DNA of 64,000 bases, taken from the NCBI GenBank assembly GCA_010093705.1, contig MU006107.1, positions 108,031-172,030 of the forward strand, read 5' to 3'. This stretch comes from Patellaria atrata CBS 101060 (Eukaryota). Shown in pieces: positions 50,493 to 64,000 of the stretch (its first letter is position 1; every line of letters begins with the position of its first letter). The notes below the pieces were generated by a model. The model saw only the letters and a list, made by a program, of their open reading frames with translations, was not told where the DNA came from and did no database searches. A program made the translations under genes and the position numbers.

Positions 50493-52572
50493 TGTGATAT
50501 GTCTTGCAGAATTTACATTGGTAGGAGAGTCGAAATCGGGTAATTGAGAAGACTAGCTTCAGTAAGTTCACATTGACTCTGACAAGATTGACTTTCTTGG
50601 GTTGAGTAGGGAGCGATCTTCCTCCATGTAAATGTTGGAGTATTTGGTTGCTAGTTTGTCTCATTCAAGATTGTTTATAATCCATGTTTGTAGGACAAAG
50701 ACTTTTCCTCCACATTTCATTTCGCACGTGGTACTATTTTCATTTCAGTTTTTTGTTCCTTATCCAAGTGCTTTGTCGTCTCCACGCCTCATCTCTAAAT
50801 CCGTCTGCATTGTATTTGTAATTCATATTCTTACACCATTTGTGCTTCCCCTGATTTTCATAGAGATAATCTCCATTATTCATCAATAAACCTTGGTGAC
50901 TAATATTATACAAGAGTCCTCTAGATCTCTAAATAGCTGATAACTTTAAGATCCCATATGGCCTTCTTTCTTACTCAATTTGATATGAGAATGGCATATA
51001 GAAAAAGGAGGAATCAGTGCAATAAACGTCGATCAACAACTGCTCCAGTGGTATTAACACGGCTGCGTTGAGAAAACAAAGATTGGAATTATCATAAAGA
51101 TCGACAATTGAGAAGAGACCTTCATTGATAAACAAAGCTAACTCTAACTCTTTGACCTCAAGCTCAGGAAGATGAAGCGAAAATCACATTCGATATCTTG
51201 GGACTATTCATGCACACTCCACCAATGACGTCCGAGACACTGCCCTGGAATCTGCACGCGGTTTCCTGCAGGATAAAACCACAAACCCATATCCACCCGT
51301 AAAACCCCCTACCGAAACAAAGGGATCACGGGATTTCGTGTCAAAGAACTTTAAGTACTGTATGCAAGTAGAAGCTATGACAACCCTGCCTTACAGTAAC
51401 CCTTCTCAGTTCCTCCACCCACGCCCAACCGCCCATAGAGCAGATCTCCCTCACATGCCAGCCGTTCCCTCCGCGGCCCCTCCCAGCGAGCGTATAATAG
51501 CCTCTAACGCTATCGTCACGATCGTCGACCCTCGCTTCCTTCACTTCCTGCCTGTGATTCCTTAATAAGGAGTGGACCAATTGTATGCGTTAGATGAACT
51601 GCTTCTTATCAAACCCTACAAGTCTGCCCCATCTGGAATTACGATTCTAGATTTCAATGGTCGAAGTATCAGAGTGTCGGATTGTCGATCGCAGTTGCAG
51701 GTATTGACATCACGATCTCCCCCAGTATGTAGTAGTTATCTGAGTACATACAGGTATCTACCGTTTTAAGTGCGCACCCCTTCGCCCTATCAATTGATCG
51801 CCATCATCCAAGATGTTGAAGCTGACAATCACTTACAATTTTCATAAGCACGACAAGTAATCCTTCCAATACCCACTATAATATGTATGTCTTCAAAGTG
51901 GGAACTACAAAGTAACTACAAATGGACTCATCGACGCCATCTCAGCCTTGGCAGATAAGAAGCAACAGAAACGCTAGAGTTCGCCCGCGTTAGCAGGGTC
52001 TTGGCAAGATGGGGTGGCAGGTGTGGAGATTTGGAGTATTTTTATCACGATGTGGAGATTGCCGTATTGGATGAGAATTGGGGCAGGTGGCCGTGCCACT
52101 TTTTTGCTGGGTGGAAAGGGGTAGGCTTTTAGGAGGAGAGGTCTGAGTTTGCATGGTGAGATTGCTGGGAAAAACGTATGTCTTGGTTCATTATAAACTC
52201 TCGACGTGGATTAAAATGGTTCTGCGGGGCACGGTGTACTGTACAGACGTATCTCGAATAAGGAAAAAGAGGGTGGTAATGTCGCGTGAGGGCGTTCAAC
52301 CGTCGGACATGTCAATGGGGGCAAATAGTTATCGCTTCAAATGCTCATCAAACGTATTTGCAGTAAAAGGAGACAACGAGAGTGAGAATGATGGGAAAAA
52401 ATGGTAGTTTATACACAAAGATATTGCAATTTGCAAAAGCCCGGGATGAAGAATTGTGGTATCGAGAGAAAGAATTACAAAAGGCTCGCTAAGAAAGCAC
52501 TCCCTCACAGACAAACAAAAAAACGATTAATTCGCCGTAATGGGAATCCAAAGCTGCCCCCCTTTTATAAAC

Positions 52573-53818
52573 CTATTGATGATCGACCTTCTCCGCCGCG
52601 ACACCGTGACGGTCGCCGCCGACACCGGTGTGCTCGTGGCCGCTGTCTTCGCTGGGCTCCTTGCCCTCGAGCATCTGGCTGTGTTGGGGGATGCCGTGGC
52701 GCTCGCCCTGGGGAACGTTGTGTTCGGTTGATGAGGGCTCGGCCTTGGCGGGTGTCCAGGCGAGGTAGTCGCGACGGACCTCGACGTAGTCGTATGCGAA
52801 TTCGCCAAGTTGATCATCGTCAGTACCGAGGAGCTCGGCCTCTTCAGAAACGCGGAGGTGAAGGCCTGGAATCTTGTCGATGGCGAAGGCGATGAGGGCG
52901 GAGACGACGAATGCGTAGGCGGTGGCGGCGATGATATAGGCAAATTGTATGTAGAGTTGCTTCCAGTTGTGCTGGATCCAGCCACCGGAGTAAAGACCGG
53001 TATTGACACCGTCAAGACCGATGATGTAGTCGGCGGTGAAGATACCGTTGAACAGAAGACCAACCATTCCAGCGACACCGTGCTCAGCGAACACGTCCAT
53101 GGAGTCATCAATTCTGATCCAGAACTTGACTGTAGAAAAGTTAGCAGATCATCGCGTAATGATGAGTGCGGTTGAAAACGTACTCTTGGTTGCAAAATTG
53201 GCAACAACACCAGTGGTGATACCGAGAATAACACTACCCCAGGGAGTAAGGTAACCGGAAGCGGGAGTAGCAGCAACAAGTCCGGAGATGGTACCAGAGC
53301 ACCAACCGACCATGGACCACTTTCTTGCGAGCCTCCAATCGAGAACAACCCAAGTCATCGCTGCGAACATAGCAGTCAAGTTGGAATTCCAGCAAGCCAT
53401 AACAGCGCGGAGATTGGCGCCGAAGGAGGATCCACCATTGAAGCCCAACCAGCCGAACCAGAGGAAAACGGTTCCAAGAGTGATAAGGGAGACATTGTGA
53501 GGACGGAAGTTGAGCATCATCTTCTCCTGACGTCTTCCAAGCACCATTGAGTAGGCAAGAGCGCTCAAACCGGAACCGATCTCGACAGGCCCACCACCAG
53601 CATAGTCGAGGACACCCCAGGTATAACCCCAACCATTGACATTCCAGGGCCAGCAAGCAAGTGGACAGTAGACAATTGTAGCCCAAATGAAGATGAAGAT
53701 CATTGCTGGAATCACACGGCCGCGCTCAGCGACGGCTCCCATAATGATAGCAGCTGTGACGGCGCAGAATTGCATCTGTAAGGTATTTTAGATCAAAATC
53801 TGGGTAATACTTCATTTT

Positions 53819-53849
<31 letters not shown>

Positions 53850-54431
53850 GATAATTCTTACCTGGTAGAAGGCATATAGAAGGTCAGGAATGAGAGGACT
53901 ACCCGGGCTTGGCGCACCGAGAGTCTTCATGAGACCAAACTTCTGAAGATCACCGATAAAACCGTTCGTAGCATACTGGCTGAAAGCCAATGAATAACCC
54001 CAGAAATACCATTGGAACGTAATTACAGAGTAGGACATCAAGCAAGCCCAGATCATCGTAAGCGCGGACTTTCTGCGGGCAAGACCAGAGTAGAGGAATC
54101 CTAGACCGGGTACCATGACCAACACCATGGCTGATGCCACAATGATGTAGGCCTGATCTCCAGATTGGAACCATTGATTCAAGTTTTCGGCATCTGAGAG
54201 GAAATGTCAGTAATTCATGGTTCACGGGGTTCATGCTTTGACTGTGAGAAGCTATTTCCTGTTGCTGTTGTTTGCTGCTACTCGCCGCTTTCGGGAATTT
54301 GGCGGAAGAAAGACAGCAGAGCAGACAGTATGATAAAGCTCTAGAGAGGACAAATACTTACTGGAATCACCACCAAGGTCCGCATCGGTACCATTGAAGG
54401 CGGTGGGAGGTCCAACCCAAGAGTAGGACAT
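52573..54431 (-). CDS. mep: Amt/Mep ammonium transporter, 516 aa
   Basis: Exons 54431-54362, 54193-53862, 53775-53184, 53129-52573. MVPGLGFLYSGLARRKSAL, GAVAERGR, DYAGGGPVE, LWFGWLGFNGGS, DDSMDVFAEHG, EEAELLGTDDDQLGEFAYDY. Confidence 0.97.
53815..53850. repeat. Adjacent T14 and G22 homopolymers inside mep intron 2
   Basis: T 53815-53828 and G 53829-53850. Confidence 0.9.
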
Positions 54432-57400
54432 ATTGAAGAATTACTCGTCGGCACGAGCTGTTTAGTAAGTGCTCGTGTGTATTAAACAAAAAGCTAAGGT
54501 AAAGGGAAGAAATGGTCCGCCTGGGAGTGGAATGCTGTATTCAAAGGAGTGGGCGAGAGAGGGGCACCACCAATTCAAATATAAACTGGTGAGCAAAAAA
54601 AGGTGCGATAATCTCTCGATGATCACTCTCTTCAGAAATACGCAGGTAGGGGTACGGGGATGGGATTTTTAAAGGCTCTTTTGGCTCTTTGCTTTCCACG
54701 GCTTCCACGACGTCAAGGCCAGACCCCAAACAACCTCCGAGCATAAACTCTGCTTATCTCCCCCTGCTCGACAAATGATCCAGCCAGTCGGGGCAAAATA
54801 GACGAGTCGGCCAGGTCAACTCGTTCCATCAAAGTCGTGGGGTCGCGGCGTGGCGCATCAGACTTTCAAACCCATCGTAACTGTACAGTGCGGTACCAAC
54901 AGTCGAGCACCAGTTTGGGTAGAGTTGGTGCGCCTTGCTTTTTTGGGCACATCCAACCTCGTTACTGTACAGTAACTTCCAATCTCTTCTCGAATGATCG
55001 TACGCTCTCTGCTCTGTTACACTTGTATCATGCAGCCAAACCCGGTGCTTGGTATTTTCCGTCATTTCAATCATCCAATTCGATGAGAGTTCAGTCCACT
55101 TTTTCCCTTATCAGACCCTTGAAGAAAACGAGCCGGAATACTGAAAGGAGATAAACGAAGCACATATATGCACTACAAATACCGTCACTCTCCATGACGA
55201 TGCGGTATCTGTGCTACACCCTTCCTTCGTTCCACAATAATAAAGGTACTGCGAATAGTACATCTTAAGAAACTGTATAATACGGTATTATGGCTAAAGT
55301 TGATGTTATTTTCGCAGTAGGAGTTTGATATGCTCCTTTGGATGAGACGCGCTATAGTAGCACTTGGCACGGGATGCCGTTGGCCGTCGTTTTCCTTATC
55401 TTTCGCCTTTTTCTCTTTGTTCACGTCCTTACGCAAAACACTCCCGCAACCCATTAGTCTCGGATCCGCTTATTGGTCGGATCCCAATAGTCCTCCTTTT
55501 CAGCCGAATCTCGCATCCTTCCATCTCGACTCCTAGCAAAGCGAGCGGCAAACTGTATAAATTCAATTACTTTGGATCGCATGCCAAGCGAGAGCTTGTA
55601 GATGAACTGTTAGTATCAAGCCCCTTATTGGCCATATCGGGATGTCAAAAGATAAGGGCTTAAAGTCTCTTTGTTGTTACTCTTGGCTGACAAGTTCCTT
55701 CGTGAAGATGGAATGAACAATCTCGCTTTCCTACACGAATCACATCCCCGAGTTCTAAAAGAGAGAGATGGTTCAAGATCTGGCAAGGAAGCTTGTACAG
55801 CTTCCATTATGCTTTGTTTCGACCGATTCTCCACACTCTGTGAAACTCTTCCGAAGCGTTTAGAAATATGGTGACAAGAACCTCTGTGTCCGCATGTGCT
55901 GCTGTTCTATATTCGGTAGAGTATGCTTTCCCTTAAAGAGCTCCACGTTGTCTCCCGTGTTACGGCGCGGAGGCTGAAATTTTTGGTGGGAAATCCATGA
56001 GGTCGGTTGAAGGTTGAGATATTTTCTCAGCCCACCATACCGGCCCGTCTTTTTCAGGGACAAACATGATGGAGCTCGTGAACAAGTACAGTACTGTAGA
56101 TAAACAAGCCACTCACCAGTCACACCACCTGTCAGCCCTGAATTCTCGCATTCTTTAAAGAAATAGGGATACGAATTCGAAGCCTCCCTTCGTGGGGTTC
56201 AGGTCGCCCACCAAAATATTCAAACGCCCTCTGCTGCAAGTAATCCTCCCGTCGGATCCCCCAGATTTGGATTCCCTGAGGCCTGAATGGTTGCGTAACT
56301 TTAAGAGAGATCTCCCGTACCGAGAAATGGGAGTGGGATCCCGCTGGGTGAGCTGTTAAATCACGTCGAATCTTGGAATGTTCCACGCGCTCCTTCAGCA
56401 CGTCCGAATCAGGTTCGCGTTTGTGCTGTGGGAGAACAGAGCGTCGGGCTCCTCTATTTTCTCACCTCCACGACGACCCTGAATTTTTGAGCGGGGGTCT
56501 GCCGGATTACGGCCTTCTTCTGTGAAGATGTTTTTCATAAAGAGTGGGATTCTTAAATCTCACAAAGGTCAAATAGTCAAATAGTCAAATTAGGGCTCCC
56601 GTCCTTATGTGGTGGTTTGGGTGGATTGTGTGGTTTCAGCCCTTTTCAGCAGCAGCCATCCACGCTCAAGGCTCATCTTCTTCCACACGGCTTTCCCACC
56701 CCCGCCGGAACGTCCACGATTTCAACTCTCCGATATTCGGGAGCGGCGGGAGCTCTGACTAAGCCTCGGAAACTGCCCTATCTTGAAGGAAAGTCTCGAC
56801 TTCTTCTTTAATCGCATCACGGCACCCTTAAAGAGGAACAGAAAGCGAGACTCGACCGAATGTCATGTAGTTCCATCGAACAGCTCCTGACTTTTCAAGT
56901 CCGTAAGACCTCCAATCACTCCGAACTATTCCTACATTTTCCGAGATAGAACGCTACGAATGAAAACCGTTGAGTTACCTGTCTGGCTCCGACTTTACAG
57001 TAGAAGCCGGTTCCGCCGAGCCGGGCTCGAGAAATAATTACTGTAAAGGCATACAGTAGCGAGCGGGTAGATATCAGTTAGCAGTCAAACTATTTCAAAT
57101 CCCCAAGTCACCACTCACTAGAAATATTCCGCGGATGCACTAATACAAAGTTAGCTTGGACCCTTGCATATGCGTAAAGCTCTCGAGAACGTCACCTGCA
57201 AGGAGCGGTATTCAAATTTTCAACCTCAGAAGAGCTAACAAGTTTGCTTGCACCGTTTGATGATTATAGATCGATCCATTGAGATCTGAGAAACACCGGC
57301 CGGTTTGAGTACCTTACAGAAACACTGCACAACTTAGAGAGAAAGACAAAATACCGCCTCCGATATGTGCAATGGGGAACTCATCAAGACACATGCTGCA

Positions 57401-59667
57401 CTGTTCCTACATATGTCTCAAGCGTACAGCATCGAGTTTACGTTTTGGTACGACAAGGAACCGGTATACAACTCATCTATCCAAAGTCGTACCTCGAATC
57501 CCTTTCACCGACTTCCACAGCCGCATGCACCTTTACCCTTACGATTGCGCTGTGTAACTTTCACTATGTCTCGCGATAAATGAAACGTAAACTGTTTTCT
57601 AGGTTTCACCCTATCGAAGCGCGAAGTGTTATACCTACTTTGCTGAGAGCAAGAGCGGTCAGTAAGGAAATTCGATATCGCTTTCACGTCAATTTACCAG
57701 TGGAAACGCATCCTACCACAGTAAGGTCTGATAATAAAATTAAGCCCAACTGGAAAAGTTGCGAGGAGCTAGGGGTCGTAAGCCGTTATCAATACTTGGT
57801 TCTAATAATCAAGGAGAGTAGTCCTCCTGTAAGTGCTTATGTCAATGGCGAGCACCACAACTTTTGTCACTGAATACCATCTGCAAACAGATCATGCTCT
57901 AGTTTCGTCTACACCGTCACAAATGAAAATCTGATCTTCAATGTTAAATTGTCACAACTTTCATACCGACTTCCCAATCAGCTACTGTATTTGATGACTA
58001 CTCGTGTCATTACTTTATTTTCTCGTTGCCATCCATGGTTCCGCTCTCTGCAAATGTCTATCTCTCTGATGGTTGAGAATCCTTCTTGCCTTTTGTCGAT
58101 TTTCTTTCCCTATTTACTTGACGTTTACGCCTAGTAAGAATGGGGTACCAGCTTCGGTTGTATTCGAATCTGTTAGGTCTTAGGGCTTAATTATAAATAA
58201 GATCGCAGACTATTCTGTATTTGATCCTGAGCCCGAGGATAGTGTAGGGTATTTATTGTAGCGTGGCTGTTTATGTGACCTTCAGTCTGCTTTCCATCCA
58301 TTCAAGCGTTGTGTTCATCGGGAGGAAAAAAAATGAGAATTGTTAATATCAGGGTCGACCACACTTTGCCCCCAAGTTGGGGCCATCACCGGACGTAACG
58401 TTACGATACAAACATCTCGAGTCTTTCCACATATCCAGCGCATCATCAGCGCGGATTCACCCCCCGATAGAGTGCAATTTCACCAAATTCTCAACAACCA
58501 TAGACGTTGAAGAGAGATGGAAGCGCGATTTACATAGTCTTAGCAGATATGAAGGCCTCGTGATCACATGTGGTCCCAAAGGGAAGCAAATACCGAAGTC
58601 AAATCGGTCTTGACTCACCATATCATTTCCAATTACTGTTGTCCAGCCTCGAGAGAGATTTCCGCTGCAAGTCTAGGCCTCGCATTCCCCTACGCCATCT
58701 TTAGAGGCACCACCGGTAAGGCTCTAGGGGATAGACATATGTACGATAATCCGGTAGCTACCTCGACAATACTTGACAATATCGGGATACTATAGGAACT
58801 TAAAGGCAACTTCTGATAATAGATTCCTTAATCAGCCCCTCGGTCTACATAGATTAGTAGCTTCGCTTTTGATTGCACGGAGTGGACATACCGGCGAGGC
58901 CGGTCAACGATCCTCTTCCGGTCAATATCAACACATGTTCAAATAATACCAGCGGTCAAGCGATGTTTATCGGTCAATATTTCTCAACTTTTACGGCTAA
59001 CCCTCCTAGGGTATCAAATTATTTCTATGCTGTACTGATTTGTAGTTTTACAATACATACAAGGCATACAAGTCCCGAATATCCACTCACCAGCTTAAGT
59101 TAGCATAGACCATGCATTCATACGAATGGGCGCTGCTTGTACAGTGGGGTCCGATTTCTGCTAAAAACCAACCGTTTGGAATACCACGAATGCCTAGGCA
59201 AGGGAGTGAATACATACCAGTGTTCATAATACCCAATATCTTGTTTCGATTATGTTTGTGCTGCAGGATAGCTACCGCAGTAGTCGATAGCTATCCTCGC
59301 TCATGCAGGCGTTTTTCCTATTTACATATACTCCGTAGCGTCTTTCTATTCGTCCTTATGCAACTGGCAGGGCAAGCTTTGGAAAAGTACCAATTTAAGG
59401 TGGGGGCGGGGAGGATATGCATGCTATGTCATTCTGCAAGAGGACGATGAAATGATTCCAACGCGACCCCCACAATTGACTCACATTCAATTCTTCATAA
59501 TTATCTTCTTTGCACATACAATTATAGCATTTCTAAGAATCTACGAAGGAGTCTTGTCTCATGATTTAAAACAACAAGCTTGTCCATCAGTTTGAGACCA
59601 TCTTGCGTCCGGCATCTTCCCTTTGGAAAATATCCACATATCTCGAGTTTTGAGAAGGCGATCGATT

Positions 59668-62600
59668 ATGGCTACCAGGAGTCAGCGTGGGATACGCATT
59701 GCGATTGATGTGAGTCAAAAGCACCCTTCTACTCCCTAATACTAAAAGGTATCACAGAGGGGTGGTACATTTACCGATTGTGTCGGGAACCCAGGTACAG
59801 GGAAAATGGAAGATGATGTTATTATAAAACTTCTTTCAGAGGATCCCTCGAACTATGAAGATGCGCCCCTCGAAGGGATTCGTCGGCTCCTTTCTAAATT
59901 TACGGGCAAGGAAATACCTCGCGGCGAAGCATTGGATACCTCCAAGATTGAAAGTATAAGGATGGGTACAACAGTCGCAACCAATGCCTTACTAGAAAGA
60001 AAAGGAGAAGAAATTGTAATGGTCGTCACCAAGGGATTTAAGGACTGCCTAGAGATAGGCAACCAATCTCGACCAAACATCTTCGACCTTGCGATCAAAA
60101 AGCCGGATGTTCTGTACGAAAAGGTTATCGAGGTAGACGAGCGCGTCACATTGGAGGATTATGCGGAAGATCCATACAGGAATGAAACGGAAGCAGAGTC
60201 TTATGAGTCAGCGGGACAAGATACAGAACTTGTAAGAGGCCTATCAGGAGAGACAGTTCGTATATTACGGAGACCTTCAGAAGATACCATCAGATCGCAA
60301 CTTAAGAAAGTCTATGATGAAGGCATCAGGAGCATTGCGGTATGTCTCATGCATGGTTATACCTATCCAGCACACGAAGCCCTGGTGGGCAAACTGGCCA
60401 AGGACATTGGATTCTCACATGTGAGCTTAAGCCATGAGTTGATGCCAATGATCAAACTGGTCCCAAGAGCAACCTCAGCATGTGCAGATGCTTATTTAAC
60501 CCCTGCTATAAAGAAGTACATCTCTGGTTTCGAAGCAGGTTTCGAAGGAGGACTAGGTTCGGAAAGTGTCAAGCGTCAAGGAGAAGAGAAAGGCGCAAGG
60601 TGCGAATTCATGCAATCCGACGGCGGTTTGGTGGATGTGGACAAGTTCTCCGGTCTTCGAGCTATCCTATCGGGACCTGCTGGTGGTGTCGTAGGATATG
60701 CGTTAACTTCGTACGATTCGGAAACCAAAATACCAGTCATTGGCTTCGATATGGGCGGTACCAGTACAGATGTCAGCAGATACGGATCCGGAAGATACGA
60801 CCATGTCTTCGAAACGACAACTGCTGGCGTCACAATTCAATCTCCCCAACTGGACATCAACACAGTCGCGGCTGGTGGTGGCTCACGTCTCTTCTTCAAG
60901 AACGGTTTATTTGTTGTTGGACCCGAATCTGCTGGTGCTCATCCTGGACCTACTTGTTACCGAAAAGGAGGACCCCTTGCTATCACCGATGCTAATCTAT
61001 TTCTCGGACGTCTACTACCAGACTTTTTCCCTAAAATATTCGGGAAGAACGAGGATCAAGGATTGGACGCCGAAGCAAGCGAAAAAATGTTTAAGGAGCT
61101 GACTGACCGCATCAACAAAGAAGTTGCCAGTGAGAAGAAAGATAGCGAGATGTCAATCGACGAGGTAGCTTATGGTTTTATCAAAATTGCGAATGAAACT
61201 ATGACAAGGCCGATTAGATCACTAACCGAAGCAAGAGGTCATGATACTTCGAAGCATCGGCTTGCTACTTTTGGAGGAGCGGGTGGACAACATGCAGTAG
61301 CTATCGCACAAGCTCTTGGTATATCGCAAGTTCTAATTCATAGATACTCATCCGTTCTGTCGGCATACGGTATGGCCTTAGCTGATGTCGTTGATGAGAA
61401 GCAAGAGCCGGACTCAAAAGTTTGGAACGACGATGATGATGAAGTTAAGAAGTATCTGAGGGGTAAAATGGAAGACCTGAAGGCTAAATCAACTGCAACT
61501 CTCAAGGATCAAGGATTTAATGATGAACAAATTCACTTCGAGGAGTACCTAAACTTGCGTTATCGTGGTACTGAAACTGGCTTGATGGTTGTAAAGCCAT
61601 CCAAGGAAGAAGCCGATAAAGACTATAATGGTGATCAGTGGAACTTTGGTAAAGCATTTGTGAAGCAGCACGAGCAAGAGTTCGGTTTCACTCTACCAGA
61701 TAGAGATATTATCGTGGACGACGTTCGTGCTCGCGGTATCGGAAAGACATTCGAGGGCCTTGAACAGACCGTAGATCAACAACTGAAGGAACTCAAACCA
61801 AAAGATCTCGGTGGGGAGGAGAAACGATACGCTACACGACAAGTTTACTTCGAAGGCGGCCGTCACGAGACCCCGATATATAAACTTGAAGACCTTGATG
61901 TTGGTGACCGCATAAAAGGCCCTGCAGTTCTAGCGGACGGGACACAGACTATTGTGGTAACCCCTGAGACAACCGCTCTCATTATCAAGACGCACGTGGT
62001 TATCAATATTGGCGAGAACGGGGGACAAGACAATAAGAAAGTGGATACTAGCACTGTTGATCCCATTATGTTGAGTATATTCGCCCACAGATTCATGGCA
62101 ATCGCAGAGCAGATGGGAAGAGCTTTGCAAAAGACTAGTGTTAGCACGAATGTGAAGGAGAGGCTTGACTATTCTTGCGCGCTCTTTGATGCGGATGGTG
62201 GTCTTGTTGCGAACGGTAATTAAGCTCCCCTATGCTGCTACTGAACCTTACTAACAATATTTACAATAGCTCCTCATTTACCTGTCCATCTCGGCAGCAT
62301 GTCGACATGTGTCAGGAAACAGGCAGAAATCTGGAAAGGAAAATTGAAGAAAGGAGACGTCCTCGTCTCTAATCATCCTATGTTTGGTGGGACGCATCTG
62401 CCCGACATTACCGTTATCACACCCGCTTTCAGTGGTGATAAAATCGTGTTCTATGTAGCCTCAAGAGCACACCACGCTGATATAGGGGGTATCCTTCCAG
62501 GATCAATGCCACCCAATTCTCGAGAGCTATTCCAGGAGGGCGCCGCAATCAAATCGGAAAAGCTTGTCTCCGAGGGCAAATTCAATGAGAAACGGATGAT

Positions 62601-63992
62601 CGAGCTGTTGCTTCACGAACCCGCGCAATGGCCCGGGTGTAGCGGTACCAGATGTCTAGCAGACAATATCAACGATCTGAAAGCACAGATCGCGGCGAAC
62701 CAGAAAGGCATAAACCTGATCAGTACACTCATAGAGGATTATGGGGAAGATGTTGTTCAATTTTATATGCATAATATCCAGGACAATGCTGAGTTAAGCG
62801 TAAGGAATTTACTAAAGGACGTCAGTAAACGATTTGGAAGCGACAATCTGTCGGCGATCGATTATATGGACGATGGTAGTCCGATTAAGTTGAAGATTAC
62901 CATCGACGCCGAGAAAGGAGAAGCTGATTTCGACTTCACTGGGACAGGAGCTGAAGTATATGGTATGATAAGTTATCATTACCTCGATAGATTATGGTCT
63001 AACCGTGACAACTAGGAAATATCAACGCACCCGAAGCAGTTTCTTACTCTGCGATCATCTACTGTTTACGGTGCTTGATATCACAAGACATTCCTCTGAA
63101 TCAGGGTTGTCTGAAACCAATTAACGTCAAAATACCGAAAAGATCTTTCCTTTCTCCTTCAGATAAGGCTGCTGTCGTTGGTGGTAATGTTCTTACGGTG
63201 AGTCTTATCTGGGTTATGATCAGTCCACCCAGTTAATTAGATACTAATATACCCTAGAGCCAACGTGTTACCGATGTAGTACTGAAAGCTTTTCGAGCAT
63301 GCGCTGCTTCGCAAGGCGACTGTAACAATCTGACATTTGGATTCGGAGGGAATCAATCAGGCGAGGAAGAAGTGAAAGGTTTCGGATATTATGAAACCAT
63401 TGCCGGAGGTAGCGGGGCAGGTCCTACATGGGACGGCACTTCTGGTGTGCACGTACACATGACGAACACTCGCATTACAGATTCAGAGATATTCGAGCGA
63501 AGATACCCGGTGATTCTAAGGGAGTTCAGTCTACGTGCTGGTAGCGCTGGGAAGGGGCAACATCCGGGCGGAGACGGAGTGATTCGAGATATAGAATTCC
63601 GAATCCCGGTACAGGTCTCCATACTTAGTGAGCGGCGGGTATACCACCCTTACGGTTTAGAAGGAGGTGAAGACGCAGAATGCGGGATAAATTATTGGGT
63701 GCGGAAGGTCGAGGATCTGGATCCGAACGCTGATAGCGCAGCGCCGGACGAAGGTGATCAAAAGGTAATGAAGACTGGAGCAAAGGCACCGGATGTCGAG
63801 TATGTCAACTTAGGAGGGAAGAATACGGCTAGCATGCGGCCCGGAGAGCGGATCATAGTTATGACCCCGGGTGGAGGTGGATGGGGTAAGGTTGGGGAAA
63901 AGAGTCAGGCTGTGAAAGGCAAAGAGCCAACGCATGCCTGGAGAAAGGGTAGCATAGCGGAACGCCAGGCGATGGCCGAAGCTTCGGCTTGA
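59668..63992 (+). CDS. OXP1: 5-oxoprolinase (ATP-hydrolysing; hydantoinase A+B fusion), 1369 aa
   Basis: Exons 59668-59709, 59758-62215, 62270-62962, 63016-63197, 63258-63992. [87 protein letters not shown]. Confidence 0.97.
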
Positions 63993-64000
63993 GTATGCCT

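Noticed and set aside
52527..53348. 273-aa alternative-frame ORF over mep
   Set aside because: Runs through an intron, is Ser/Pro/Thr-rich and is explained by the codon bias of the real mep frame
1..64000. CRISPR arrays, tRNA/rRNA genes, telomerase RNA template, stop-codon readthrough with cryptic PTS1
   Set aside because: Eukaryotic DNA with no repeat-spacer array; no tRNA/rRNA recognised by eye; no TAACCCTAA template noticed; the stop codons examined lack a TGA-CTA context or downstream SKL-like ending

Overview
64 kb of an intron-containing filamentous ascomycete (Pezizomycotina-type) chromosome; no prokaryotic features. I built splice models by hand (GT..AG with CTRAC/CTAAT-like branch points), and their summed exon lengths stay in frame. 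Genes in order: DNMT5 (C5 DNA methyltransferase-SNF2-RING fusion), fimbrin, a ~1930-aa secreted propeller/Ig-like/7xWSC protein, a ~9.4-kb gene-poor region, the APSES regulator StuA, Mediator MED4, a divergent Zn2Cys6 factor, TM9SF/EMP70, NCS-1/frequenin, hexokinase, an Ayg1-like hydrolase, a complete 1.3-kb Tc1/mariner (DD34E) transposon with TIRs and TA target-site duplication, a Cys-rich unknown protein, a Mep ammonium transporter and 5-oxoprolinase. The most interesting signal is the StuA 5' region. It has a long AUG-depleted leader, a likely leader intron, two uORFs (one ending in an AUGA overlap with the main start) and a 138-codon in-frame extension upstream of the first AUG, with a CUG in strong Kozak context. 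This suggests non-AUG-initiated StuA isoforms. Other leads are a palindromic double MCB element in front of DNMT5, an in-frame alternative N-terminus inside NCS-1 intron 1, and a divergent nitrogen-scavenging gene pair. Family calls rest on motif recognition only; no searches were run.
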